Below, in pieces: positions 1-9,688 of a stretch of 64,000 nt of DNA. The notes under the pieces were generated by a model. That model saw nothing but the letters and a program-made list of their open reading frames with translations. It was not told where the DNA came from and made no database searches. Origin of the DNA: Hyphomonadaceae bacterium (GTDB lineage: Bacteria; Pseudomonadota; Alphaproteobacteria; Caulobacterales; Aquidulcibacteraceae); NCBI GenBank assembly GCA_046349455.1, contig JAXMCH010000003.1:21140-85139 (forward strand), read 5' to 3'. Every line of letters starts with the position of its first letter. The first letter of the stretch is position 1. A program made the position numbers and the translations under genes.

Positions 1-1079
1 AGTGAATGCATCGCATCTTCCCAATAGGGCGCGAGATCGGCGGCACGCTCGAAGAGCTTTTCGTCTTTGAACGTGTCGAGCGTGGCGAGGCCAGCAGCGC
101 AGGCGAGCGGGTGGCCGCTCGTGGTGTAGCCGTGGAACAGTTCAATGGGGGTGTCGGCGTTGGCGAGGATGGTGTCGTAGATTTCGCGGCTGGCGGCGAC
201 GGCGCCCATGGGCACGGCGGCATTGGTGATGGCTTTCGCCATGGTCAGGAGGTCGGGCTTCACATCGAAGAAGTCCGCCGCAAACGGTGCGCCTAAGCGA
301 CCGAAGCCGGTGATGACTTCATCGAAGATGAGCAGGATGTCGTGCTTGGTGCAAAGCTCGCGCAGGCGCTTGAGATAGCCCTTTGGCGGCATGATCACGC
401 CTGTAGAGCCGGCGACGGGTTCGACGATCACGGCGGCGATGGTGCTGGCGTCGTGGAGTTGGACGATGCGTTCGAGCGCGTCGGCGAATTCGACGCCGTG
501 CGGAGGTTCGCCCCGTGAGAACGCATTGCGCGCAACGTCGAGCGTGTGCGGCAGGTGATCGACGCCGGCGACCATCGGGCCGTAGGTCATGCGGTTGCGG
601 ACGATGCCGCCGACGCTGATGCCGCCGAAGTTAGTGCCGTGGTAGCCGCGCTCGCGGCCGATCAGGCGATACTTGCCGGGCTTGCCCCGCGCCTTTTGAT
701 AGGCAAGCGCAATCTTGAGCGCGGTGTCCGCGGATTCGCTGCCGCTGTTGGTGAAGAAGATGCGGTCGAGATTACTCGGCAGGATTTCGCCGAGACGGTT
801 GGCGAACTCGAATGCAGCCGGGTGGCCGAGATTGAAATTGGTGGCGTAGTCGAGTTCGGCGGCGGCGCGTTGGATGGCTTCTACGATGCGCGGCCGGCCG
901 TGGCCGGCGGCGCAGCACCAGAGGCCGGCGGTGCCATCGAGGATCGCGCGGCCATCGGGCGTGTAATAGTGCATACCCTCGGCGCGCACGACCATGCGCG
1001 GGTCGGCTTTGAATGCCCGGTTCGGCGTGAACGGCATCCAGAATGAGTCGAGCGAGTTCGGGCGCGGCGTATCGGGCAT
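1..1079 (-). CDS. omega-amino acid:pyruvate (beta-alanine-pyruvate type) class III aminotransferase, 3' end outside window
   Basis: Not in the ORF track. Manual translation from ATG 1079 gives MPDTPRPNSLDSFWMPFTPNRAFK...DGTAGLWCC...LIFDEVITGFGRLG...LTMAKAITN (PLP lysine). Confidence 0.9.
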   Translation of the reverse strand, partial: MPDTPRPNSLDSFWMPFTPNRAFKADPRMVVRAEGMHYYTPDGRAILDGTAGLWCCAAGHGRPRIVEAIQRAAAELDYATNFNLGHPAAFEFANRLGEILPSNLDRIFFTNSGSESADTALKIALAYQKARGKPGKYRLIGRERGYHGTNFGGISVGGIVRNRMTYGPMVAGVDHLPHTLDVARNAFSRGEPPHGVEFADALERIVQLHDASTIAAVIVEPVAGSTGVIMPPKGYLKRLRELCTKHDILLIFDEVITGFGRLGAPFAADFFDVKPDLLTMAKAITNAAVPMGAVAASREIYDTILANADTPIELFHGYTTSGHPLACAAGLATLDTFKDEKLFERAADLAPYWEDAMHS

Positions 1080-1122
1080 GGCGTATTGTGCGCCGGCGCC
1101 GCGTACCGCGGCAAGAGGCGCC

Positions 1123-1374
1123 TTAGGCTTCGGCCGCGGCGATTGCTTTCGCGATCTCGTCCAATAAGCGCAGACGCTGCTTTTCGAGGTTCGTCAGATG
1201 ATCGTCCGATGCAGGTGTGACGCCGGACTGGATATTCTGAATGTCGCGCCAGATGCTGTGGTTCGTTTCGAGCAATGACCTGAAGTGGGCGCTGGTTGTT
1301 TTGAGTGTGTGAATAGCGTCGGCGTGGCCGGCGAACTCTTCGGCGAGAGCATGGTCGAGATGTTCTGATTGCAT
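1123..1374 (-). CDS. YdcH/DUF465-like small coiled-coil protein
   Basis: MQSEHLDHALAEEF...AIHTLK...HF...LEKQRLRLLDEI pattern; start trimmed to ATG 1374. Confidence 0.7.
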   Translation of the reverse strand: MQSEHLDHALAEEFAGHADAIHTLKTTSAHFRSLLETNHSIWRDIQNIQSGVTPASDDHLTNLEKQRLRLLDEIAKAIAAAEA

Positions 1375-1508
1375 AATGACTAAGGTTTGCCCTTTGCGCC
1401 GGACGCCACCTTGATCGAACGCAATTCTGAGGGCGTCCAAGCAAGACCACGCTAGCTATTTTTGCGACTTCACACGAAAAGGAGCGTCATGAAGGCGATG
1501 GCTGCTAC

Positions 1509-2849
1509 GTGACCCTCTCCGAGATCATCGCGCGCGAGACGCAGCGTTTCAATGAGACGCACCCCAAGAGCATAGCGCAGGCGCGTGCGCTCGACGCGCA
1601 CTGGCTTTTCGGGGCGCCGTTTCATTGGATGAAGGATTGGGCCGCGCCCGCCGCAATCATCGCGGAAGATGGTGATGGCGCGGTGCTGACCGATATCGAC
1701 GACAACACCTACGACGACTTCTGCTTAGGCGACACGCCGGGCATGTTCGGGCACGGTCGGCCCGAAATTTCGCGCGCGGTGGCGGAGCAAGCGCGGCGGG
1801 GCGCGACGTTTATGCTGCCGACGACTGAAGCAGCGGACGTCGGCGCTTTGCTGGCGGAGCGCTTCGGGTTGCCGTTCTGGCAGACGACGCTGTCGGCATC
1901 GGACGCCAATCGCGCTGTCATTCGCTGGGCGCGGGCGGTGACGCGCAAGCCGGTGATCGTGGTGTTCGATGGCTGCTATCACGGCATGGTCGAAGATTGC
2001 TTCGTCGAGTTGCGCCACGGGCGCACGCGGCCGGACGCAGGCCTTATCGGGCAAGTCTTCGATATGACGCGCACCACGCGCGCCATCCCGTCCAACGACC
2101 TGGGCGCGCTTGAGGCAGCATTGGCGCAGGGCGACGTCGCAGCGGTTCTGGCCGAGCCGGCGATGACCAATTGCGGCATGATCTTGCCTGAGGCCGGTTT
2201 TTGGAAGCGCGCGCAAGCGTTGGTGAAGAAGGCCGGCGCGCTGCTGATTCTTGATGAGACGCACACGCTTTCAAGCGGGCCAGGCGGCGCGACGAGGGCG
2301 TGGGAGCTGCAGCCGGATGCGCTGGTGGTCGGCAAGGCGATCGCCGGTGGATTTCCCGCGGCGGTGTGGGGCGTGAGCGCAGCATTCGCGGAACAGATCG
2401 CGGCGGCGCCGCGCGCTGCAGGCAGGTCCGGCATCGGCACAACGCTCGCGGGTAACGCCATGGGGGTCGCGGCAATTGGCGCAACCTTGCGCGAAGTGGC
2501 GACGCCCGATGCATACGCGGCGATGCTCGCCGGCGCTGAGCATCTCGTTGCGGCGCTCCGCGGCATCATAGCCAAACACGAGCTGCCCTGGTGCGTCGTC
2601 CATATTGGCGCGCGGGCGGAGATCGTGTTTGCGCCGACGCCGCCGAAGAACGCGGCGGAGATGCGCCCAGCGCTGGCGCAGGCCGAACTGAACCACGCGC
2701 TGCATCTTTACCTGATCAATCGCGGCGTGCTGATCGCGCCGTTTCACATGATGATGCTGGTCTGCCCCGCCACGACGACGGAGCAGATTGACCACCTCGT
2801 CGCGGCAGTCGATAGCTTCGCCACCGAATACTTGAAGGCCGCTGCATGA
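1509..2849 (+). CDS. class III aminotransferase (glutamate-1-semialdehyde aminomutase-like)
   Basis: DFCLGDT, GCYHG, LILDETHT and VGKAIAGG motifs; ATGA overlap with the next gene. Confidence 0.85.
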   Translation: MTLSEIIARETQRFNETHPKSIAQARALDAHWLFGAPFHWMKDWAAPAAIIAEDGDGAVLTDIDDNTYDDFCLGDTPGMFGHGRPEISRAVAEQARRGATFMLPTTEAADVGALLAERFGLPFWQTTLSASDANRAVIRWARAVTRKPVIVVFDGCYHGMVEDCFVELRHGRTRPDAGLIGQVFDMTRTTRAIPSNDLGALEAALAQGDVAAVLAEPAMTNCGMILPEAGFWKRAQALVKKAGALLILDETHTLSSGPGGATRAWELQPDALVVGKAIAGGFPAAVWGVSAAFAEQIAAAPRAAGRSGIGTTLAGNAMGVAAIGATLREVATPDAYAAMLAGAEHLVAALRGIIAKHELPWCVVHIGARAEIVFAPTPPKNAAEMRPALAQAELNHALHLYLINRGVLIAPFHMMMLVCPATTTEQIDHLVAAVDSFATEYLKAAA

Positions 2850-4222
2850 CCATCGCCGACCCATCGGAAGTGAAGACCTTTCTCGACGCCCATCCAGAGA
2901 TCCAGTTCTTCGAAATTCTGTTTACGAACATGGCGGGCGTTCCGCGCGGCAAGCGGTTGCGCCGTCATGAGATCGAGGCGGTGTACAAGCAGGGGCGCTT
3001 CCTGCCGGGTTCGATCCTTGTGAACGACATCACCGGCCAGGACGTCGAAGCGACGGGCTTGGTTTGGGAAGATGGTGACGCAGATCGCGTGGCGCGGCCC
3101 ATCGCTGGTCGGATCACGCCGGCGCCGTGGTTGGGGGCCGATGTCGCGCAAGTGCCGATGGCGATGTACGAGCTCGACGGCAAGCCTCACGATCTCGATC
3201 CGCGCCACGTGCTCCAGCGCGTGATCGACCGCTTTGCGGCCGATGGGCTTGTGCCGGTCGTGGCGTGCGAGCTGGAATACTATCTCGTGGACGCGCGCCG
3301 CACGCCCTCGGGCGGCATTCAGCTTCCGCCTTCGCCGCTGACACACGATCGCGCGACGCAGCACCAGGTGTACGGCTTGCGCGAAGTGGAGGAGGCGAGC
3401 GCCTTCCTCCGTGATTTGTGGATCGCTGCCGACGCGATGGGTGTGCCGCTTGAGGGCGCCATCAGTGAATATGCGCCAGGGCAGCTTGAGCTTACGCTGA
3501 AGCACCATGACGATGCGTTGCGCGCAGCCGATGATGCAGTGCTTTACAAGCGCGCCGCCAAGGGCGTCGCATTGCGCCACGGCTGCGAAGCGACATTCAT
3601 GGCCAAGCCCTTCGCGGACCTCGCGGGCTCGGGCATGCACCTTCATGTCAGCGTCAACGACAAGGCCGGCAAGAACGTCTTTGCGTCGGACAAGCCTGAG
3701 GGCGAGCCCGTTCTGGCGCACGCTGTTGGCGGCATGAAAGCACTGCTGGCGGATTCGATGGCGATCTTTGCGCCGAACGCAAACTCCTATCGTCGCTTCA
3801 AAGCCAATTCCTACGCGCCTGTCGCGCCAACTTGGGGCGTCAATAACCGGACAGTGTCGTTCCGCGTACCCGCAGGCGCGCCAAACACCCGCCACATCGA
3901 ACATCGCGTGGCCGGCGCTGACGCCCACCCAACATTGGCGCTCGCGGCGCTGTTGGCCGCCGTGCATCACGGGATCAGCAACAAAATCGATCCCGGACCC
4001 GCGGTCGTTGGCGATGGCTACGCGCACGCAGCCGAATCCGGTGAGCGGATACCGACGAACTGGTTTGCGGCTGTGGACCGGTTCGCGGAGTCCGCAGTGC
4101 TGAAAGAATATCTCGGCGAGCGTTTTGTGCGGATGTACTCGACTGTGAAGCGCGTGGAGCAGGAGCGCTATCAAAGCGTCATTCCCAGCGCCGACTATGA
4201 CTGGTATCTGCGCACCTGCTGA
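2846..4222 (+). CDS. glutamine synthetase-like gamma-glutamyl-polyamine ligase (PuuA/SpuI family)
   Basis: RGK, ACELEYYL, EYAPGQLE, FMAKP..GSGMHLHVS, NSYRR, WGVNNR and IEHRVAGAD motifs; polyamine gene context. Confidence 0.9.
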   Translation: MTIADPSEVKTFLDAHPEIQFFEILFTNMAGVPRGKRLRRHEIEAVYKQGRFLPGSILVNDITGQDVEATGLVWEDGDADRVARPIAGRITPAPWLGADVAQVPMAMYELDGKPHDLDPRHVLQRVIDRFAADGLVPVVACELEYYLVDARRTPSGGIQLPPSPLTHDRATQHQVYGLREVEEASAFLRDLWIAADAMGVPLEGAISEYAPGQLELTLKHHDDALRAADDAVLYKRAAKGVALRHGCEATFMAKPFADLAGSGMHLHVSVNDKAGKNVFASDKPEGEPVLAHAVGGMKALLADSMAIFAPNANSYRRFKANSYAPVAPTWGVNNRTVSFRVPAGAPNTRHIEHRVAGADAHPTLALAALLAAVHHGISNKIDPGPAVVGDGYAHAAESGERIPTNWFAAVDRFAESAVLKEYLGERFVRMYSTVKRVEQERYQSVIPSADYDWYLRTC

Positions 4223-4247
4223 GGCCTGGGGCCAATCGGGAACTTTC

Positions 4248-4613
4248 ATGCGCTGGGTGCTTCGTTCGAAACTCCACAATGGCCGCGTCACGGATGCGAA
4301 CTTGGCCTACATTGGCTCGATCGAGATCGACGAGGACCTCGTAGATGCCGTGGGCATGTGGGTGGGGGAACGGGTGCTGGTCGTGTCGAACACGTCCGGC
4401 GCCCGGCTGGAGACTTACATCATCGCTGGCCAACGCGGTTCGGGCGTCATTTCGATCAACGGCGCCGCCGCGCACCTCATCAAGACCGGTGAGCAGGTCA
4501 TCGTCATGGGGTTCGAGCTGAGCGACGTGCCGCTTACGCCCACGGTGGCGCTCCTCGACGATGAAAATCGTCTCGTTCGCTACCTAGACAGCGAGCAGAA
4601 CGACCGAGGCTGA
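4248..4613 (+). CDS. panD: aspartate 1-decarboxylase (pyruvoyl-dependent)
   Basis: SKLH...YIGSIEID (G-S self-cleavage site), GARLETY, INGAAAHL; start at ATG 4248. Confidence 0.85.
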   Translation: MRWVLRSKLHNGRVTDANLAYIGSIEIDEDLVDAVGMWVGERVLVVSNTSGARLETYIIAGQRGSGVISINGAAAHLIKTGEQVIVMGFELSDVPLTPTVALLDDENRLVRYLDSEQNDRG

Positions 4614-4661
4614 ACGCAAGTGCAGCATTCGTCGGCACGGAACAAGAAACTAGCAAATTCC

Positions 4662-4686
4662 GTGATCACAGATATTGATAACAGAT
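4662..4686. promoter_or_regulatory. candidate operator upstream of the polyamine ABC operon
   Basis: Direct repeat TGATCACAGAT / TGATAACAGAT containing the palindrome GTGATCAC; the cluster's GntR is a plausible binder (inference). Confidence 0.45.
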
Positions 4687-4765
4687 TGGAATTGCGCGCT
4701 TGTAGGCGCCTGGGCTTACTCCGAGGGACCGCGAGAGCGGACGGATGAAGAGGAAGGCGAGACTC

Positions 4766-5866
4766 ATGGCCAAGGGTAAGTATCTGGGCGCGTCGCGCCG
4801 CTCTCTTTTGCAGCAATTTGGCGCGGCGGCGATCGGCGTCACCTTCGCTGGCGGGCTCTCGGCGTGTAACCGCGGCGGCAGCAGTGGCCGCGTCGTCAAC
4901 TTCTACAACTGGGACACTTACATCGGCGAAACCACGCTTGCGGACTTCCAGCAAGCGTCGGGCGTGCCGGTTCAGATGAGTCTCTTCGCCACCAATGACG
5001 AATTGTTTGCACGCTTGCGCGCCGGCAATCCGGGCTTTGACGTCATCGTGCCGTCGAACGAGTTCGTCACGCGCATGAGCCAAGCGCAAATGCTGCAAGA
5101 GCTCGATCACTCTAAGATTCCGAACTTCGCCAATCTGCAGCCGGAATTCCAGGACGCCGCCTTCGATCCGGGTCGTCGCTATTCGATGCCGTACACTTGG
5201 CTCGTGCTCGGAATTGGCTACCGCAAAGATAAGATGCCGAATGGACTTGTGCCGAATTCCTGGCGCTATCTGTTCGACAGCCCGCAATTCTCGCAGAAGC
5301 TCGCGCTGCTTTCAGAGTCTGCGGATCTTATTCGCTTGAGCGCCAAGTATCTGGGCCACTCGGTGAACGGCATTCCGGACGCAATGCTGAGCCAGATCGA
5401 GCAAATGCTGATCCGTCAAAAGCCGCACGTGAAGCAGTTCCACTCCGATAACGGGCAGGATCTGCTCGCGTCGGGCGAAGTTGATATCGTGATGGAGTAT
5501 AACGGCGACATCGCCCAGTTGATGGCATCGCCGGGCGGCGAAGCGTTTGACTTCGTGGTGCCGCAAGAGGGCACGCTCATCAATTCGGATTGCCTCTGCA
5601 TTCCGGCCGGCGCTCCGCACGTTGATGATGCGCACGCCTTCATCAACTATCTGCTCGATGGCGAAGCTGGAAAGAAGATCACCGAGACGATCCTCTATCC
5701 GACGCCCAACGCCGCTGCGCGTGCGCTGATGCCGGATTCTTACAAGAACAACGCTGTCATCTTCCCGCCCGCCGATGTTATGGCCAAGAGCGAGTACGGT
5801 GCGTTCGAAGGCGATGAGAAGGCGCGTCAGTACGAAGAAATCTTCACGCGAATTAGCGCGGCGTAA
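4766..5866 (+). CDS. polyamine ABC transporter substrate-binding protein (PotD/PotF family), Tat-type lipoprotein signal
   Basis: SRRSLL twin-arginine motif plus LSAC lipobox; YNWDTYI, FDPGRRYSMPY, VPQEG. Confidence 0.9.
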   Translation: MAKGKYLGASRRSLLQQFGAAAIGVTFAGGLSACNRGGSSGRVVNFYNWDTYIGETTLADFQQASGVPVQMSLFATNDELFARLRAGNPGFDVIVPSNEFVTRMSQAQMLQELDHSKIPNFANLQPEFQDAAFDPGRRYSMPYTWLVLGIGYRKDKMPNGLVPNSWRYLFDSPQFSQKLALLSESADLIRLSAKYLGHSVNGIPDAMLSQIEQMLIRQKPHVKQFHSDNGQDLLASGEVDIVMEYNGDIAQLMASPGGEAFDFVVPQEGTLINSDCLCIPAGAPHVDDAHAFINYLLDGEAGKKITETILYPTPNAAARALMPDSYKNNAVIFPPADVMAKSEYGAFEGDEKARQYEEIFTRISAA

Positions 5867-5908
5867 GCAACGCCGTCTGCGGCCTCTGCGACGCGAGAGA
5901 GGGAGTTT

Positions 5909-6814
5909 ATGGAGCAAACCTGGAAACAGGCGAAAGCGGCATTCGCGGCGATTTCGATCCCGCCGACTGCCTGGCTCCTCTTTTTCTTTCTCGTGCCACT
6001 GGCGGTCATTTGGGCTTATTCGTTCGGCGAAAACACCGGCCCAATCACAATCGATCTCACCGGCACGTTCGCGAACTACATGCGCGCGATCGAGCCGCTC
6101 TACCTCGACATCTTCGCCAAGAGCCTAGTCATTGCGGGCCTCACCACGGTGTTCTGCTTGGTGATTGGCTTTCCGGTTGCGCTCGCCATCGCCTTTGCGT
6201 CGCCGAAGATGAAGGCATGGCTGCTGCTTCTGATCATGCTGCCGTTCTGGACGAACTTGCTGATCCGCACGTTCGCGTTGATCGCCGTGCTGCGTGAGCA
6301 AGGCTACGTGAACTTCGCGCTCGCCTGGCTCTGGAACAACGCCAGCGGGCTGATGACGCTCGTCGGCCTCCAGCCGCTCGGCGATTATGAGCCGCTGACG
6401 CTGCTCTACAACAACACGGCCGTGATCGTCGGGCTCGTTTATGTGCATCTGCCGTTCATGGTGCTGCCGCTCTATTCCGCGCTCGATCGGATGGATCGGT
6501 CGCTGATGGAAGCGAGCCTCGATCTCGGCGCTGGTCACATGCAGACGATTTTCAGGGTCGTCGTTCCGCTTGCAGCGCCCGGCATCGCCTCCGGCATCTT
6601 GATCACGTTCATCCCGGCGCTCGGCGCTTACCTGACGCCCGATCTGCTCGGCGGCACGGATAGTCAGATGATCGCCAACGTCATCGAGCGCCAATTCAAA
6701 CGTGCCAATGATTGGCCGTTCGGCGCGGCGCTTTCTTTCCTGCTGATGTACCTCACGTTCATCGCGATTGCGGTGCAGGCGCTGATCCAACGCCGCAGCG
6801 AGCGGAGAGGCTAA
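5909..6814 (+). CDS. polyamine ABC permease (PotB/PotH family)
   Basis: LPFWTNLLIR, LPFMVLPLY, EASLDLGA EAA loop, WPFGAA. Confidence 0.9.
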   Translation: MEQTWKQAKAAFAAISIPPTAWLLFFFLVPLAVIWAYSFGENTGPITIDLTGTFANYMRAIEPLYLDIFAKSLVIAGLTTVFCLVIGFPVALAIAFASPKMKAWLLLLIMLPFWTNLLIRTFALIAVLREQGYVNFALAWLWNNASGLMTLVGLQPLGDYEPLTLLYNNTAVIVGLVYVHLPFMVLPLYSALDRMDRSLMEASLDLGAGHMQTIFRVVVPLAAPGIASGILITFIPALGAYLTPDLLGGTDSQMIANVIERQFKRANDWPFGAALSFLLMYLTFIAIAVQALIQRRSERRG

Positions 6815-7701
6815 TGGCTGACGAAGCGCTCACCAACATGCCCACGCCGCGCGTCAATCGGCGCGAACCGAAATCAAAGCCCGGTCCGCTTGAGTATCTG
6901 CGCCGCTGGCCGTTGCAGGTGATCGTCGGCGCGGTGCTGGCGTTTCTCTATCTGCCGCTGCTGACGTTGATGGTGTTCAGCTTCAACGATAGCCGCCGCA
7001 ACATCGTCTGGCAGGGTTTCACATTCGATTGGTACGAGAAGGCGTTTAACAACGACTCGTTGATTCAGGCGTTCGTCAATTCGCTGACGATCGCTTTCCT
7101 CTGCACCATTGTCTCGGTGATCCTTGGCGCGCTTGCCGCCGTTATGCTGTGGCGCTTCCGCTTTCCCGGGAAAACGGTGGTTGAAGGCTCAATGGCGCTG
7201 CCGATTGTCGTGCCCGAGATTTGTATGGGCGTGGCCATGCTTGTGTTCTTCGCCCGCGTCTTTCCTTGGCCCACTGGACTGCCGTGGCCGCTCAACCTCG
7301 GCGCCATTACGATCGCGCACATCTCATTTGCCTTTCCGTTCGTCGCCACCGTCGTTCGTGCGCGCCTCGCTTCGTTTAATCGTGAGCTGGAGGAGGCGGC
7401 GAAAGACCTGGGCGCCACCGAGTGGCGCACGTTCTGGGATGTCTTGGTGCCGCATATGCAGCCTGGCCTGATTGCAGGCGCCTTGCTGGCGTTCACCTTG
7501 TCGCTCGATGATTTCGTCATCACATTCTTCACGGCGGGACCCGACACGATCACGTTCCCGGTGAAGGTCTATTCGATGCTGCGTTTCTCGGTGACGCCGG
7601 AGGTCAACGCCGCGTCAACGATCCTGATTGTCGTTACCGTCATCCTCACGGCTGTTGGTCTGCAAATGCAGAACAACACGCCTCGCGACCAGAAGGCCTG
7701 A
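6814..7701 (+). CDS. polyamine ABC permease (PotC/PotI family)
   Basis: FLYLP..FSFN, EEAAKDLGA, FTLSLDDF, PEVNA; ATG overlaps the upstream TAA. Confidence 0.9.
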   Translation: MADEALTNMPTPRVNRREPKSKPGPLEYLRRWPLQVIVGAVLAFLYLPLLTLMVFSFNDSRRNIVWQGFTFDWYEKAFNNDSLIQAFVNSLTIAFLCTIVSVILGALAAVMLWRFRFPGKTVVEGSMALPIVVPEICMGVAMLVFFARVFPWPTGLPWPLNLGAITIAHISFAFPFVATVVRARLASFNRELEEAAKDLGATEWRTFWDVLVPHMQPGLIAGALLAFTLSLDDFVITFFTAGPDTITFPVKVYSMLRFSVTPEVNAASTILIVVTVILTAVGLQMQNNTPRDQKA

Positions 7702-7706
7702 TCCGC

Positions 7707-8882
7707 ATGACAGACGCCGCCGTCTCCAACGCGCCCGCGCCAAAGCCCGCGCCGCACGTGAAGGACAATGCAATCATCAAGTTTGAAGGCGTCACCAAGC
7801 GTTTCGGCAAGATGGTCGCGGTCGACAACGTCAATCTCGAGATCAAGGAGGGGGAGTTCTTCGCACTCCTTGGCCCATCGGGGTGCGGCAAGACCACGTT
7901 GCTCCGCATGCTCGCCGGTTTCGAGACACCGACGGAAGGCCGCATCCTCATTGACGGCAAAGACGTCGCGCAGCTCCCGCCGAATAAGCGGCCGGTAAAC
8001 ATGGTGTTTCAGAGCTACGCTGTGTTTCCGCACATGAAGGTGTCGGACAATGTCGGCTACGGGCTGAAGATGGATGGTGTCGATGGCGGTGAGATCAGGC
8101 GCCGTGTCGATGAAGCGTTGGAGCTGGTTAAACTTGGTGGTCTTGGTGGGCGCATGCCCGACCAGCTTTCTGGCGGTCAGCGCCAGCGCGTGGCTTTGGC
8201 GCGCGCGTTGGTGAAGCGACCGCGTGTGCTGCTGTTGGATGAGCCGCTTTCAGCGCTGGACGCCAAACTGCGCGATCAGATGCGCTCGGAGCTGACGTCG
8301 CTGCAAGAGAAGGTGGGCATCACCTTTATCATGGTCACCCACGATCAGGACGAAGCGCTTGCCATTGCCACGCGATGTGCCGTGATGAATCGCGGTCTGC
8401 TCACGCAAGTGGCGTCGCCGGCGGATCTCTACGAGTTCCCGAACTCTCGCTTCGTCGCGGATTTTGTCGGGTCGGTGAATATGTTTGAGGGCGTCCTCGA
8501 CAAGGACGAGCCCAACGAAGCTCAGGTGCGCTGCCCCGAGCTGACGGCCCCGGTCTATCTCGATCACGGTGTTACGGGCGCCAAGGGATCGACGGTATGG
8601 GTCGCGCTACGGCCCGAGAAGATCGAGATGCACAAGCGCGCCGAAGGTTCGACCGCGATGAAGATGGAGGATGCGCCCGCCGGCACTAACGTCGTGCCGG
8701 GCGTCATTCGCGACATTGTCTATCTCGGCAGCGAGACCAATTACGAAGTCGAGCTTGAAGGTGGGCGCCGCGTGAAGACGTTTCGTTCGAACCTCACGCG
8801 CTATGACCAGGAAGACTTCACCTGGGACGAGCCGGTTTGGCTCGCGTGGCACGCTTGCTCGCCCGCGGTGTTGTTGTCGTAA
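7707..8882 (+). CDS. polyamine ABC ATP-binding protein (PotA/PotG family)
   Basis: GPSGCGKTT, VFQSYA, LSGGQRQR, LLLDEP and a C-terminal TOBE-like domain. Confidence 0.92.
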   Translation: MTDAAVSNAPAPKPAPHVKDNAIIKFEGVTKRFGKMVAVDNVNLEIKEGEFFALLGPSGCGKTTLLRMLAGFETPTEGRILIDGKDVAQLPPNKRPVNMVFQSYAVFPHMKVSDNVGYGLKMDGVDGGEIRRRVDEALELVKLGGLGGRMPDQLSGGQRQRVALARALVKRPRVLLLDEPLSALDAKLRDQMRSELTSLQEKVGITFIMVTHDQDEALAIATRCAVMNRGLLTQVASPADLYEFPNSRFVADFVGSVNMFEGVLDKDEPNEAQVRCPELTAPVYLDHGVTGAKGSTVWVALRPEKIEMHKRAEGSTAMKMEDAPAGTNVVPGVIRDIVYLGSETNYEVELEGGRRVKTFRSNLTRYDQEDFTWDEPVWLAWHACSPAVLLS

Positions 8883-8887
8883 GCGCC

Positions 8888-9649
8888 ATGACTTTCAAAA
8901 CCCGACCCGTCTTGGGCGTTATCGCCTGCAACCGCACTGTCGAAACGCAGTCGGCGCAGGCGGTCATGACCCGCTATCTCGTTTCCGCCATCACCTACGC
9001 TGACGCATCGGCGTTGCTCGTGCCGGCGATGCCGGAGCTGATGCACGCGAAGGAAGTGGCGCCGCGGCTCGATGGCCTGCTGCTTACCGGGACGCCATCA
9101 AATCTTGACCCCAAGCGTTATGGCGCCTTGGTAGATGATGCGCCCGGCCCGTTCGATCCCGCGCGCGATGAGATGACCGCGCATCTGATCGAAGGCATGC
9201 TCGAACTCGGCAAACCGGTGTTCGGCATTTGCCGCGGCTTCCAGGAACTCAACGTCGCGTTCGGCGGCACGCTCCGACGCGATATGGCGGAGGCGAATGA
9301 CCTTATCGCGCACCACGCGCCTAGCGATAAATCGTTCGCTGAGTACTTCGAGCACATCCATCCGGTCACCCTCAAAGAGGGCGGGGTGTTGAAGCAAGCA
9401 TATGAACGCGACGAGTTGGATGTGGTCAGCGTGCACTATCAGGGTGTCGATAAGCTCGGCGCCGGGCTCAAAGTTGAAGCGACAGCGCCAGACGGTGTGA
9501 TCGAGGCGATTTCGGCGGAAGTAAACGGCGCGCCTGTTCTCGCGGTGCAATGGCACCCGGAGTGGAAGGCGCACGAAAATCCGCAGAGTCAAACTTTCTT
9601 TCAACTCCTGGGCCGGGCACTGCGCGGCGAAAAGCTCGTCTCCCGATAG
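8888..9649 (+). CDS. puuD: gamma-glutamyl-gamma-aminobutyrate hydrolase (peptidase C26)
   Basis: GICRGFQE nucleophile and VQWHPE dyad; start at ATG 8888. Confidence 0.85.
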   Translation: MTFKTRPVLGVIACNRTVETQSAQAVMTRYLVSAITYADASALLVPAMPELMHAKEVAPRLDGLLLTGTPSNLDPKRYGALVDDAPGPFDPARDEMTAHLIEGMLELGKPVFGICRGFQELNVAFGGTLRRDMAEANDLIAHHAPSDKSFAEYFEHIHPVTLKEGGVLKQAYERDELDVVSVHYQGVDKLGAGLKVEATAPDGVIEAISAEVNGAPVLAVQWHPEWKAHENPQSQTFFQLLGRALRGEKLVSR

Positions 9650-9688
9650 GTCGAGACGCGCCAACACCAAAACGAGGAAACGACAACG

